Shown here piece by piece: positions 11,456 through 21,052 of a stretch of 64,000 nt of DNA; the first letter of the stretch is position 1; each line of letters starts with the position of its first letter. The position numbers were made by a program, and so were the translations under genes. Where the stretch lies: contig OY970194.1 in the NCBI GenBank assembly GCA_963708075.1, positions 544,001-608,000 of the forward strand, given 5' to 3'. The notes under the pieces were generated by a model. That model saw only the letters and a list, made by a program, of their open reading frames with translations. It did no database searches and had not been told where the DNA came from. The DNA is from Sedimentisphaerales bacterium (GTDB taxonomy: Bacteria > Planctomycetota > Phycisphaerae > Sedimentisphaerales > Anaerobacaceae).

Positions 11456-11839
11456 TCAGGCCTTGGGCATATTGTCGAGGATCGCCTGGTAGATACGTCT
11501 GGCCTTCGCCAGCGAGCTGACGCTGATCGTCAACTCCGCTGTCTCGTCCGTCGTCGCGACAAGGTTCACTACGATTCTGTTGTCCTGGGAATCGCGGGCG
11601 ATGATCTTCGCCTCGAGCTGGTCTTTCACCCGCTGCACGACACTGAGTCCGAGTTCCTGCATGGCCGCTTCGGAGGCCTTGTACGATGTGCCGATGTCCG
11701 TCGAGAGCGTGCTGGTGAGTTTGCCGAACCGATAGACGGCGTTGGTCTTGGTTCCGGGACCGATCACGGCGGTCTCGCAGCCGATACCCAGCAGCGCGCC
11801 CGCCGACAACAGGGCGAGCAGAGTGATTCGCGTTTTCAT
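11456..11839 (-). CDS. Lipoprotein, DUF3568-like
   Basis: AAGGAAGGA RBS, lipobox GIGC, YxxGKL..ASEAAMQELGL pattern. Confidence 0.7.
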   Translation of the reverse strand: MKTRITLLALLSAGALLGIGCETAVIGPGTKTNAVYRFGKLTSTLSTDIGTSYKASEAAMQELGLSVVQRVKDQLEAKIIARDSQDNRIVVNLVATTDETAELTISVSSLAKARRIYQAILDNMPKA

Positions 11840-12000
11840 GTCAGCGTTCCTTCCTTGGATGACATTGCGGTTCCCATGGAACCAAGTACACCGGATACGC
11901 CCGCCGGTTCGGCAAATCCTGCATTTGCCCTCTGGAAAATAGCATCCCTTGCAGCAGGTGAAATGAGAATTGAGGATTTTCCCTACGGATGGAGCAGCAC

Positions 12001-12489
12001 TTACTTGCGGAAAATCGCCCACTGTGCCATGCCGCCGACGATCCGTATTTCCCAGCTGGAGAACCCGGTAACGGTGTTCAGGTCTGTCAGGTGGTCATGT
12101 GCGCTCGTACGACTCTGGTTCAGGCCAACCCGCTCCAGAAGCCGCAAAAGCCAGTCCATACGGGGTAGCGGCGTTGTCACCATCAGGACGCCGCCCACTT
12201 TGAGCAGACTGCGGAAGGCATCCCAGGCATCGACGTGCTCGATCAGTTCGAAGGCGACGATCGCATCGTAGGTGTTCGCCGACAGGCCGAGAGCCTTCCA
12301 GTTGCGGATATCGCCGACAATGTCGGCCGGCGGCACGATGTCGATGCCCTCGTAGCGGGTCCGCCCACGCAGATAGTCACCTACCCACCCATCGCCGCAG
12401 CCCACTTCCAGAACCCGAGCGCCTCGTGGGATGCGATCGAGGAAGAATCGACGTTTCTTGTGCCGTGCGTAATCGCTCAAGAGTGGCAT
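12001..12489 (-). CDS. Class I SAM-dependent methyltransferase
   Basis: VLEVGCGDG motif I; YDAIVAFELIEH; LKVGGVL. Confidence 0.85.
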   Translation of the reverse strand: MPLLSDYARHKKRRFFLDRIPRGARVLEVGCGDGWVGDYLRGRTRYEGIDIVPPADIVGDIRNWKALGLSANTYDAIVAFELIEHVDAWDAFRSLLKVGGVLMVTTPLPRMDWLLRLLERVGLNQSRTSAHDHLTDLNTVTGFSSWEIRIVGGMAQWAIFRK

Positions 12490-12490
12490 A

Positions 12491-12604
12491 CTAACTACCG
12501 TCACCGTGAGTCTGGATTCCTGACAATGAGGCCGGATACCCCGGTCCAGGCGGCGGGGTGACGAGATGGCTCTTATAGTTCGGCCGTACAAGAACGATTT
12601 TCAT
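12491..12604 (-). pseudogene. N-terminal remnant resembling a B12-binding radical SAM protein
   Basis: MKIVLVRPNYKSHLVTPPPGPGYPAS resembles the MKxxLxxP...PPLGLxYLAS start of that family, then stops after 37 aa. Confidence 0.55.
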
Positions 12605-12652
12605 GGTCCCTATTGTATCGAGACACTGCGTTTCCACCAGCCGCAAAAGCCC

Positions 12653-12787
12653 GCCGATAACGGGACACGCGAACTGTCCGAGTCGATCCTCACGGACGAG
12701 GAGAAGCACATCGACTGGCTCGAAGCCCAACTCGATCAGATCAGGCAAATGGGTATTCAGAACTACCCGGTCGAACAGGTGGGCTAG
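12653..12787 (+). pseudogene. bfr: Bacterioferritin C-terminal remnant
   Basis: DNGTRELSESILTDEEKHIDWLEAQLDQIRQMGIQNY matches the last helices of Bfr; the N-terminal ~110 aa are absent. Confidence 0.8.
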
Positions 12788-12807
12788 CGTCTGCTCACAC
12801 GGCTGCG

Positions 12808-13233
12808 TCAGTTCGGCAGCGGCGTGTTTGCCCACTGTTCCCAGAGTCTGGCCTCCCCGAGGTCGGCCTTTGTGGCACAGTAGACATCGACCTGGGTCCG
12901 GGACGAGTCGGTCTGTCGGAGATCGGCGATGAGGATATATCGGATTCCGATGCGGCCGCTGTCCCAGAGTGTGATCGTGGCGGATTCTCCCGACGGCACG
13001 AGCTTGGCACTGATGCCCGGCTGATGCGGCGCCGCGGGGATGAATCTGTATCGCTCGCGTGCCCGGCGGACGATCTGGTCATAGACGGTTCCGCAGTCGG
13101 CCGGCGCCTCGAACGAATACACGCTGTGCGGCCTCTCTCGCAGATCAGTGACATTCTGCGGTCCGCACCCGCCAAGCCAGGCCAGCACCAGCGAAACCGC
13201 CGCTGCTTGCACGCGCAATCGAAAGGATGCCAT
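12808..13233 (-). CDS. Hypothetical lipoprotein
   Basis: Signal peptide with lipobox LGGC; plausible globular sequence. Confidence 0.65.
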   Translation of the reverse strand: MASFRLRVQAAAVSLVLAWLGGCGPQNVTDLRERPHSVYSFEAPADCGTVYDQIVRRARERYRFIPAAPHQPGISAKLVPSGESATITLWDSGRIGIRYILIADLRQTDSSRTQVDVYCATKADLGEARLWEQWANTPLPN

Positions 13234-13372
13234 CCTTGTTTCACCCATTGCCAGCGTTCTTCCCATCTATTAGCTGCCACGCCTGTCAGCATTATGGAGG
13301 AAATCCGCCGCAGAGCAAAGGAAAAGTGTGCAAGGATGTCAGGAAGAAATCCCACCCGCTTCCGCTTCTGGT

Positions 13373-13424
13373 TTGACAGGCGAATGCAGTTGTACGTATA
13401 ATCTGGCATGAAAGGTTACGTACA
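13373..13424 (+). promoter_or_regulatory. sigma70 promoter and inverted-repeat operator of the TA operon
   Basis: TTGACA(13373)-N18-TATAAT(13397); TGTACGTA(13391)...TACGTACA(13417). Confidence 0.75.
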
Positions 13425-13434
13425 GGAGCAATGT

Positions 13435-13674
13435 ATGGCGAAGCTGACGTTGAATGCGGACCGCGAAGTGATTGAACAGGCAAAGCGACTGGCGGCGGAG
13501 CGCAAGACGAGCGTTTCGGCGATGTTCAGTCGGTTCATCAGGGCGCTGGCCGGCGGGGGAAATGACAAGCCGGTCGGCAAGCTCGCCCGCCGGGCTTCGG
13601 GTGTGATCGACTTGAAAGGCAGAAGCCACAAGGATGTGCTTGCGGACTCGCTGAAGGACAAGTACGGGCTATGA
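13435..13674 (+). CDS. Antitoxin, DUF6364-like (ribbon-helix-helix)
   Basis: MAKLTLNADREVIEQAKRLAAERKTSVS; AGGAG RBS; overlaps the PIN gene (ATGA). Alternative start at 13408. Confidence 0.8.
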   Translation: MAKLTLNADREVIEQAKRLAAERKTSVSAMFSRFIRALAGGGNDKPVGKLARRASGVIDLKGRSHKDVLADSLKDKYGL

Positions 13675-14096
13675 GCATGAAGGTATTTGTGGATACAAAT
13701 GTGCTCATGGACGTGCTGGCTAAGCGTGAGCCGTTCTACCGAGATAGTGCGCACGTATGGACGCTGGCTGAGCAAGGTCGCGTTGCTGGTTTCGTATCGG
13801 TCATCAGCTTCAACAACATCTACTATGTGGTCCGCCGGCTGCGGACACGTCAGGTGGCGGATCGCATGATGATACTGCTGCGAGATACGTTTACCCCGGT
13901 GGCGCTCGACAAGCAGATTCTGGACCAGGCCATTGATGCGGGCTTGACCGATCTTGAGGATGCCATCCAGTACTTCAGTGCTGTGCGGGCGGGAGCGGAT
14001 TGTATCGTCAGCCGGGATGCGCGGGCGTTCCCCGTGTCCGACCTGCCTGTGCTAACGCCGCAAGAGTTTCTGGCCACGGGGCTGCCCGGCGACTAA
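13671..14096 (+). CDS. vapC: PIN-domain toxin (VapC-like)
   Basis: KVFVDTNVLMD; DLEDAIQYFSA; IVSRD. Confidence 0.9.
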   Translation: MSMKVFVDTNVLMDVLAKREPFYRDSAHVWTLAEQGRVAGFVSVISFNNIYYVVRRLRTRQVADRMMILLRDTFTPVALDKQILDQAIDAGLTDLEDAIQYFSAVRAGADCIVSRDARAFPVSDLPVLTPQEFLATGLPGD

Positions 14097-14305
14097 GTCC
14101 TCGAGAATTGCAGCTTGACTCTGCGCAGGGCGTTTCGCCGGATGGCCTGCTCGACCCAATTGACGACTCCCTGGCCGTAGTGGTACTCGGAGAGGTCCCG
14201 CACGTTGTCCGGATCGAGCGGCCCAACGGCCCCGATGATATGGCCGAAGCTGTCGTGACTGACCGCGTACAACTGCCCGTTTGTATGTTGCCATAAGGTC
14301 TTCAT
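14093..14305 (-). CDS. Small hypothetical protein (70 aa)
   Basis: MKTLWQHTNGQLYAVSHDSFGHIIGAVGPL; protein-like composition; fills the gap between genes. Confidence 0.55.
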   Translation of the reverse strand: MKTLWQHTNGQLYAVSHDSFGHIIGAVGPLDPDNVRDLSEYHYGQGVVNWVEQAIRRNALRRVKLQFSRT

Positions 14306-14468
14306 ATTTATCCCGATTAAAGTGTACAAAATCTCCCGAGCGGCACCAAAAACATGGCTTTTCTCGGCCAGTGCGGGCATGATATTGTCAAATGAGTACT
14401 GGCCGGGGACCGTGGCCATGGCCCGCGGAATGCAATGATGCTGAATCGATCCAGGTGGAGAAAGAATC

Positions 14469-15365
14469 ATGTGGCGCAATTCATTGGTGGCATTCGTTCT
14501 GTGCGTGACTCTTGTGGGTATGGCCGTCGGCAAGGATGTCGCGTCTAAAGCGGGGGAGCCCAATCTCATCACGTTTTCGAGGATCGACAAGGCCTGGCAG
14601 TACAGCCGGGGCGAAAACATCAAGGTGGCCGTGCTCGACTGGCTCTTCGATATGAGTCCAAAGGCCTCAGCCAAGTATGTCAATCCAACCTCGATGGTCC
14701 CGGGTGCGGAGGTTGGAGCCGGCGAACCCTGGCACGGCGAGTGGATGGCCGAGATTGTCCACCAGATCGCGCCCCAGGCCAAAATTATCCCCATTCGGGC
14801 CAGACCTGCAACGGACAAAGAACGCGACGCGGAGGGCAGATACGTGTATGAGAAGTACCTGATTCAGGGAATTCGATTCGCCGCCGATCAGGGGGCCGTC
14901 GCTGTGACCAGCTCAATGGGACCCCTCACGCAGTCCAGGGAGCTTCGTGACGCGATCGACTACGCCGAGCAGAAGGGCACCATCTTCATCGATGTCCATC
15001 CCGAAGAGAAAACCGATCCCAACGGCATCGACAAACGGATCATTCATCCGGGCGTGGTGTCGGTTCCCGGGCACAGAGTGAGACCGGAATCCGGAAGAGA
15101 CATCTATGTCTGGCCCTACCAGATCAAGCCCATATTCCGGGACGGCTGGGGATTCTCCAACGGCCCTCCCATTGTCGCCGGCGTCATCGCCCTGATGAAG
15201 AGCGCCAACCCGAGGCTGACGAGCCCGGAGATTCGCCGGATCGTGGTCGAGACAGCCGACAATCAGGACGGCTTCAGAGTCCTGAACGCCGAAGCCGCCG
15301 TAAAGAGGGCCATCGCTGTGAAGGAAACTGCCGGTGAGGCCCGGTCGGTAGACGACAAGCGATAA
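14469..15365 (+). CDS. Secreted S8 (subtilisin-like) peptidase
   Basis: Signal peptide; KVAVLD, HGEWMA and GFSNGPPIVAGVIAL triad motifs. Confidence 0.8.
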   Translation: MWRNSLVAFVLCVTLVGMAVGKDVASKAGEPNLITFSRIDKAWQYSRGENIKVAVLDWLFDMSPKASAKYVNPTSMVPGAEVGAGEPWHGEWMAEIVHQIAPQAKIIPIRARPATDKERDAEGRYVYEKYLIQGIRFAADQGAVAVTSSMGPLTQSRELRDAIDYAEQKGTIFIDVHPEEKTDPNGIDKRIIHPGVVSVPGHRVRPESGRDIYVWPYQIKPIFRDGWGFSNGPPIVAGVIALMKSANPRLTSPEIRRIVVETADNQDGFRVLNAEAAVKRAIAVKETAGEARSVDDKR

Positions 15366-15403
15366 CCCTGCCGGCTTTCCTGGTATCAAGTGAAATCGAT
15401 AAG

Positions 15404-15444
15404 GGGGCAGCCCTCTGTCACTCTCCGGTACAGATGGCTGCCCC
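15404..15444. terminator. Hairpin between convergent genes
   Basis: GGGGCAGCC...GGCTGCCCC stem; weak U-tract. Confidence 0.5.
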
Positions 15445-15528
15445 GTCGTTGAGGCACGTTTTCATCACCGCTGCGGCGAGCCTCGTGGAATCATGGCAAC
15501 GCGGATGGCTTCCACGACATCGCCGCGT

Positions 15529-16299
15529 TTACTGGGTGGCAGGGGTTTCCCTGGCCGTCTGGCGCATCGCTTTCGGAGTGAACTGAGCCAGGCTGGTGAT
15601 GCCCGCTGATTTCTCCAGTTCTCCCACCTTGGTCACGAGCCCGGCAAAGCCTTGCGCCCCGAGGGCCGTGCGACTCATGTCCTGGAGCGCCTTGTTCAAC
15701 TGGTCGTACTGGCTTGCCGAGGCCACTGTCCGGATCTGCGGATACAGGAGGGTCTCCTCATAGGCCGTGTGCGCCTGGAGCATGTGGACGTAGGCACGAA
15801 TGTTACGCGCCAGCGCCTCCGAAGCGGGGCGCCCGCCACCCTCTTCCCTCGCCTTGAGGATTTCATCCGTGAGGGTCCTGGCCGCCGCATGCTGTTCGCG
15901 GAGAGTATTGATCAGATCGCCCATCTTCCCCGATTTTTGGAGCAGCGGGAAGATGTGCTCCTCCTCGAATTTGACATGGAAGTCGTCGACGGTGGAGCGG
16001 AGCATCTGGGCGGCGGACGTCACGGCCGGCCCGGAGGGTTTATCTGTACCCAGCTCCGGCGTGACGGCCGTGTCATAGATCAACAGCAGGCGGTTCGCGA
16101 CGGCGTGCTGACGCATGAGCTCTTCGGCGATAGAGGCTTCCATCTTCTCGGAGGTATCCGTCCTTGTCCTCGTCGCAGAAGTGTCTTTCTGCGGCTGCGC
16201 GGCCCACGCGTTTTGTCCGAGCACCAGGGTCGCTCCGGCTGCGAGTCCGGCTCCTGTGATCACATTTCTGCGGCTGTACACATCGTTTCGTTCTCTCAT
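15529..16299 (-). CDS. Tat-exported hemerythrin-like (HHE) protein
   Basis: SRRNVI Tat motif; LMRQH, FHVKFEEEHIFP, LREQH and HTAYEETLLYP ligand pattern. Confidence 0.85.
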   Translation of the reverse strand: MRERNDVYSRRNVITGAGLAAGATLVLGQNAWAAQPQKDTSATRTRTDTSEKMEASIAEELMRQHAVANRLLLIYDTAVTPELGTDKPSGPAVTSAAQMLRSTVDDFHVKFEEEHIFPLLQKSGKMGDLINTLREQHAAARTLTDEILKAREEGGGRPASEALARNIRAYVHMLQAHTAYEETLLYPQIRTVASASQYDQLNKALQDMSRTALGAQGFAGLVTKVGELEKSAGITSLAQFTPKAMRQTARETPATQ

Positions 16300-16509
16300 T
16301 TCCGTGTCCTCCCATGAATGGATTGTTTCTCTTCATGTTTTCAATTCCAGGCAGATATCGCCGATAGGGGAATCTCTCGGATTGATATGCCGGAATGCAC
16401 AGCCGGATGGTAGGTAGGGTTGTGCAGACTCAGTCTTTGGCCTATGTACCCTCTTGACGTACGTGCGCAGGCTTGGACAATGGGGGCACGGATTGTGCCG
16501 GGACCGAGT

Positions 16510-16560
16510 GTGGATCGGTGGCCGGTGGGCCGGTGGGCCGGTGACCGGTGGATCGTGGCA
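16510..16560. repeat. Short tandem repeat of 7-8 nt (GTGGGCCG-like)
   Basis: gtggatcg gtggccg gtgggccg gtgggccg gtgaccg gtggatc. Confidence 0.6.
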
Positions 16561-16596
16561 GTTGTCGTTGATGAATGGAGAGAAAGAGGTGTGGAA

Positions 16597-16824
16597 ATGG
16601 CCGAACGCGTGACCTATCACGTGATGCTGGGCGAGCAGGGAGAATGGGAAGTCCAACAAGAGAACTCGGGCAAGGTGATGAGCAGCCACCGATCAAAGAC
16701 CGAGGCGATTCTCGCCGGGCGGGATTTGGCCAGGACCCACGAGTACAGTCTCCTCGTCGTCCACGATCGCGAAGGCAAACAGGAGAAGCAATACACCTAT
16801 GGTCGTCAGCCCCACAAGAGTTAG
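16597..16824 (+). CDS. DUF2188-like small protein
   Basis: YHV..GEWEV..HRSKTEAILAGRDLA..LVVHDREGK..TYG; GAGGTG RBS. Confidence 0.8.
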   Translation: MAERVTYHVMLGEQGEWEVQQENSGKVMSSHRSKTEAILAGRDLARTHEYSLLVVHDREGKQEKQYTYGRQPHKS

Positions 16825-16938
16825 GGGGGAACGTGAACCTGTCTCCTGTCATTCCAACGTTCAGCCGCCGGACTTGAAGGGGCATGCTGCAGGTGGGGGG
16901 AACACGGACTGGGGGTTTCGGGTCGCAGGGAAGCTATC

Positions 16939-17490
16939 ATGGACAAGCTGCCACGATTGTTCTATGACCGTGATACGAATGTGGTAGCCCGGGAGTTGCT
17001 GGGCAAGCACCTGGTGCACGTGTCCGGCGGCGTGGAGCGGGTCGGGCGGATCGTGGAGGTGGAGGCGTATCTGGGGCCGCATGATCTCGCCGCTCATTCC
17101 GCCCGGGGCCTGACCCGAAGGACGCAGGTCATGTTCGGCCCGCCGGGACATGCCTATGTGTATCTGATCTACGGGATGTACTGTTGCATGAACGTGGTGA
17201 CGCAACCGGAGGGCGTTGCTTCCGCCGTGCTGCTGCGGGCGCTGGAGCCGGTGAAGAATGTCGAAGGGCGAACGCAGGGCCCGGGCCTGCTGTGCAAGGC
17301 GATGGATATCGACAGGCGTCTCAACGGCCATGACCTGCTCAGCGATGATTTCTTCATTGCCGCGCCGCCTGAGCCCGAGACCTTCACAATCGTCAAACGT
17401 CCCCGCATCGGTGTGGCCTACGCCGGCGCGTGGGCGAAACGCCTCCTGCGGTTCTACATCAAAGGCAACCCCTTTGTCTCACGACCGTAG
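16939..17490 (+). CDS. mpg: DNA-3-methyladenine glycosylase (MPG family)
   Basis: VARELLGK, GRIVEVEAY, AYVYLIYGMY, AVLLRALEP, GPGLLC, PRIG. Confidence 0.95.
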   Translation: MDKLPRLFYDRDTNVVARELLGKHLVHVSGGVERVGRIVEVEAYLGPHDLAAHSARGLTRRTQVMFGPPGHAYVYLIYGMYCCMNVVTQPEGVASAVLLRALEPVKNVEGRTQGPGLLCKAMDIDRRLNGHDLLSDDFFIAAPPEPETFTIVKRPRIGVAYAGAWAKRLLRFYIKGNPFVSRP

Positions 17491-17568
17491 CCCTGTCTCA
17501 GAGGACTTGCTATACTACAGCGGCTCGCAGAACAAGTGAGAGTGAATGGGAGCAACTAAGTCGAGTAT

Positions 17569-18543
17569 ATGATCATAAAAACCTTCGTACGTCTTGTCTG
17601 TACGGTTGCCGTGGTGTCGGTGCTGTGCATCTTTGCGGGTTGCCGCCGACCGGGGCCGGAGTTGGTGCAGGGATACGTCGAGGGTGAGTTCGTGTATGTT
17701 TCCTCGCCGCTGGCGGGCACCCTGGAATCACTCCACGTGCAGCGAGGCGAGCAGGTGAAGGCGGGCGATCCGCTGTTCGTACTGGAGGGCGAGCCGGAGA
17801 AGGCGGCGGTGGATGAGGCGGCCCAGCGGCTGGCGCAAGCCCGCGCCACCGTGGAGGATCTGCAAAAGGGAAAGCGGCCTTCAGAGGTGGAAGCGATTGA
17901 GGCACAACTGCGACAGGCCCAGACAGCCCTGGCGCTGTCGCAAGAGGAGTTTTCCCGGCAGGAGAAGCTCTTTGAGTCTGGGGCGATCACGCAGCAGAGC
18001 CTTGACCAGGCGCGAGCCGCGCGGGACCAGGATCGCCAGCGCGTTGCGCAGCTTGAGGCCGAGCTGAAGACGGCACAACTCGGCGGCCGCAGCGACCAGA
18101 TCATCGCGGCCGAGGCCAATGTCCGGGCGCTGGAAGCGGCGCTGGCTAAGGCACAGTGGAACCTTTCCGAGAAGCGTCAGGCCGCGCCGCGGGCCGGCCT
18201 GGTGTTCGACACGCTCTACCGTCCGGGCGAGTGGGTCGCCGCCGGGCGGCCGATAGCCGTGCTCCTGCCGCCGCAGAATATCAAAGTCCGCGCGTTCGTA
18301 CCGGAGATGCGGATCGCCGCCATTGGGCCGGGGGACAGTGTGCGGATTACGGTGGACGGCTTGCCCGAAACCATCGTTGGGAAGGTGAGCTTCATCTCGC
18401 CGCGAGCGGAATACACTCCGCCGGTCATTTACAGCCGCCAGAGCCGCGAGAAGCTGGTGTTCATGATCGAGATCGCTTTTGACCCTGAGACGGCAGCGAA
18501 GCTTCATCCGGGCCAGCCGGTGGATGTGGAATTCGGGCCGTGA
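17569..18543 (+). CDS. HlyD-family membrane fusion lipoprotein (YbhG-like)
   Basis: Lipobox FAGC; QGYVEGE; AEYTPPVIYS; LHPGQPVDV. Confidence 0.9.
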   Translation: MIIKTFVRLVCTVAVVSVLCIFAGCRRPGPELVQGYVEGEFVYVSSPLAGTLESLHVQRGEQVKAGDPLFVLEGEPEKAAVDEAAQRLAQARATVEDLQKGKRPSEVEAIEAQLRQAQTALALSQEEFSRQEKLFESGAITQQSLDQARAARDQDRQRVAQLEAELKTAQLGGRSDQIIAAEANVRALEAALAKAQWNLSEKRQAAPRAGLVFDTLYRPGEWVAAGRPIAVLLPPQNIKVRAFVPEMRIAAIGPGDSVRITVDGLPETIVGKVSFISPRAEYTPPVIYSRQSREKLVFMIEIAFDPETAAKLHPGQPVDVEFGP

Positions 18544-18546
18544 TGT

Positions 18547-19470
18547 ATGGCTGACGATCTTGCCATCGATGTGCACGGAATGACCAAGCGGTTCGGCGAC
18601 CTCACGGCCGTCAACCACGTCAGTCTCCGGGTCCGCACGGGCGAGATCTGCGGCTTCCTCGGCCCCAACGGCAGCGGCAAGACGACGTTCATCCGCATGC
18701 TCTGCGGCCTGTTGCGGGCCGACGACGGTAGCGGCACGTGCCTCGGCTACGACGTCATCCGCGAGAGCGAGGCGATCAAACGCAACGTCGGTTACATGAC
18801 GCAGCGGTTCAGCTTCTGGGAGGACCTGAGCATTGCGGAGAACCTCGACTTCGTCGCGCGGATGTACTCCATGAAGGATCGCCGACGGGCCGTGCGCGAG
18901 AGCCTCGAACGGCTCGGTCTGGCGGACCGGCGCAACCAGCTTGCCGGCCATCTCTCCGGCGGGTGGAAGCAGCGGCTGGCCCTGGCGGCGTGCATGATCC
19001 ACCAGCCGAGACTGCTGCTGCTCGATGAGCCTACCGCCGGCGTAGACCCCAAGGCCCGACGCGAATTCTGGGAGGAGATTCATCAGCTCGCCGGGCAGGG
19101 ATTGACGTTCCTGATCGCCACGCACTACATGGACGAGGCCGAACGCTGCCATCGTCTCGCGTTCATCGTCAACGGCAACCTGCTCGCTGAAGGCACCGTG
19201 GCGGAGGTGGTCGAGCAGGCCCACCTCGTGACGTGGTCGGTCGCCGGTCCGGACCTGCTCAAGCTCGCGGATCAACTCCGCGACCGTCCCGGCGTGCAGC
19301 AGGCGGTGCCCTTCGGCAATGCCCTGCATGTCAGCGGCGACGACCCGGCCGCACTGGAACGGGCCATCGCCTCGTTTCGCACCCCGCCCTACAAGTGGCG
19401 CCAGACCGATTCCGGGCTGGAGGACGTTTTCATTCACCTCATGGGCCGAGCAGGGAAGGGGACGACATGA
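18547..19470 (+). CDS. ABC transporter ATP-binding protein (YbhF-like)
   Basis: GPNGSGKT; LSGGWKQR; LLDEPT. Confidence 0.95.
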   Translation: MADDLAIDVHGMTKRFGDLTAVNHVSLRVRTGEICGFLGPNGSGKTTFIRMLCGLLRADDGSGTCLGYDVIRESEAIKRNVGYMTQRFSFWEDLSIAENLDFVARMYSMKDRRRAVRESLERLGLADRRNQLAGHLSGGWKQRLALAACMIHQPRLLLLDEPTAGVDPKARREFWEEIHQLAGQGLTFLIATHYMDEAERCHRLAFIVNGNLLAEGTVAEVVEQAHLVTWSVAGPDLLKLADQLRDRPGVQQAVPFGNALHVSGDDPAALERAIASFRTPPYKWRQTDSGLEDVFIHLMGRAGKGTT

Positions 19471-20606
19471 ACGGACGCAGGTTTTCGCCGGCGCGGTTTT
19501 GGGCGATCGTCGTCAAGGAGTTCATCCAGATGCGCCGCGACCGCGTGACATTCGGGATCATGGTCGGCATCCCGATCATCCAGCTCATCCTCTTCGGTTT
19601 CGCGATCAACTCGGACCCGAAGCACCTGCCCACCGCCGTGCTCCTGGCCGACACCGGTCCCTACGGCCGCACATTGCTGTACGCGATCCGCAACAGCGGC
19701 TACTTCGACTTCATCAGGCAGGTGGCGAGCGAAGCCGAGGGACGGGAGGCCCTCGCCCGCGGTCAGGTCCAGTTCGTCGTGAGTATTCCGGAAAACTTCA
19801 CTCGCGATTTTCTCCGTGGCGACCGGCCCGCCATCCTCGTGGAGGCGGACGCCACCGATCCCGCCGCAGCCAGCAACGCCCTCGGGGCCTTGAGGACCTT
19901 ACTGAATACAACGTTGCAGAGCGACCTCAAGGGCCCGCTCGCGTTCCTGGCAGGCGACAGCGGCCCCATCGACCTGCGCATCCACGCGATGTACAATCCG
20001 GAGGCGATCACGCAATACAACATCGTGCCCGGCCTGACGGGCGTCGTGCTCACGATGACCATGGTCATCATCACCGGCCTGGCCATCACACGCGAGCGCG
20101 AGCGTGGCACGATGGAGAACCTCCTGTCCATGCCGACCCGCCCCTTTGAGGTCCTGATCGGCAAAATCATTCCCTACATTCTCGTCGGATACATTCAGGT
20201 CAGTCTGATTCTGGTGGCCGCCCGCCTGATCTTCGCCGTGCCGATGATCGGGAGTATCGGCCTGTTGCTTGCGGTCTCGCTGGTGTTCATCCTCGCGAAC
20301 CTCGCGATGGGCATTACCTTCTCTACCATAGCTCGCAATCAGCTCCAAGCGGTACAGATGGCGTTCTTCTACTTTCTGCCGTCGATCCTGCTCTCCGGCT
20401 TCATGTTTCCGTTTCGGGGCATGCCCCGCTGGGCCCAAATCATCGGCGAGGTTCTGCCACTCACGCATTTCCTGCGAATCATCCGCGGCATCCTGCTCAA
20501 GGGCAACGGCCTGCCGGACATCGTCCCTCAGGTGTGGCCGATCGCATTATTTGCCGCTGTCGCCCTGTTCATCGGCGTTAAACGCTACCACCGGACGCTG
20601 GATTAG
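19467..20606 (+). CDS. ABC-2 type permease (YbhS/R-like)
   Basis: KEFIQMRRD; RERERGTMENLL; LLSGFMFP; multiple TM segments. Confidence 0.95.
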   Translation: MNGRRFSPARFWAIVVKEFIQMRRDRVTFGIMVGIPIIQLILFGFAINSDPKHLPTAVLLADTGPYGRTLLYAIRNSGYFDFIRQVASEAEGREALARGQVQFVVSIPENFTRDFLRGDRPAILVEADATDPAAASNALGALRTLLNTTLQSDLKGPLAFLAGDSGPIDLRIHAMYNPEAITQYNIVPGLTGVVLTMTMVIITGLAITRERERGTMENLLSMPTRPFEVLIGKIIPYILVGYIQVSLILVAARLIFAVPMIGSIGLLLAVSLVFILANLAMGITFSTIARNQLQAVQMAFFYFLPSILLSGFMFPFRGMPRWAQIIGEVLPLTHFLRIIRGILLKGNGLPDIVPQVWPIALFAAVALFIGVKRYHRTLD

Positions 20607-20949
20607 ACGCGCCGATGGCATTCGTCGGCCTGGGCTTGCGAAGATGCTTCAGGCCGTAAACGGGGATGGAGAAGATGTTGAGAAACCAGATGGCGCAGAT
20701 CCAGCCTGCCTTGGCTCCCCCGGAGAACCTGTCGTTTCTTGCCACGTGCACGATGTCGAAGATGATGAAGAACCAGATCCCGGCAACGGAGATGAAGAGC
20801 AGGACAATGGCCAGAATTACAGGCATGACCAACTTGGGGGGAATCTCACTGTCCATATCTGCGAACAGCGGCAACAGTAGGATTACCACAATAGTCGCCA
20901 ACGCATAGGCAGGAAACACGATGCTGCCGATCACGAGCAATCTGTGCAT
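20578..20949 (-). CDS. Small membrane protein, PLDc N-terminal-like
   Basis: Three hydrophobic segments; KAGWICAIWFLNIFSIPVY. Confidence 0.6.
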   Translation of the reverse strand: MHRLLVIGSIVFPAYALATIVVILLLPLFADMDSEIPPKLVMPVILAIVLLFISVAGIWFFIIFDIVHVARNDRFSGGAKAGWICAIWFLNIFSIPVYGLKHLRKPRPTNAIGASNPASGGSV

Positions 20950-21052
20950 TTCAGCCTCTTTTATCAGTCTATAGATGGAGACACTGCCCTGGTGCAGTCA
21001 GGGCGGCATTCCGCGTCAGTCGGATTCCTTGTATCACTATCGGCTCTTGACG

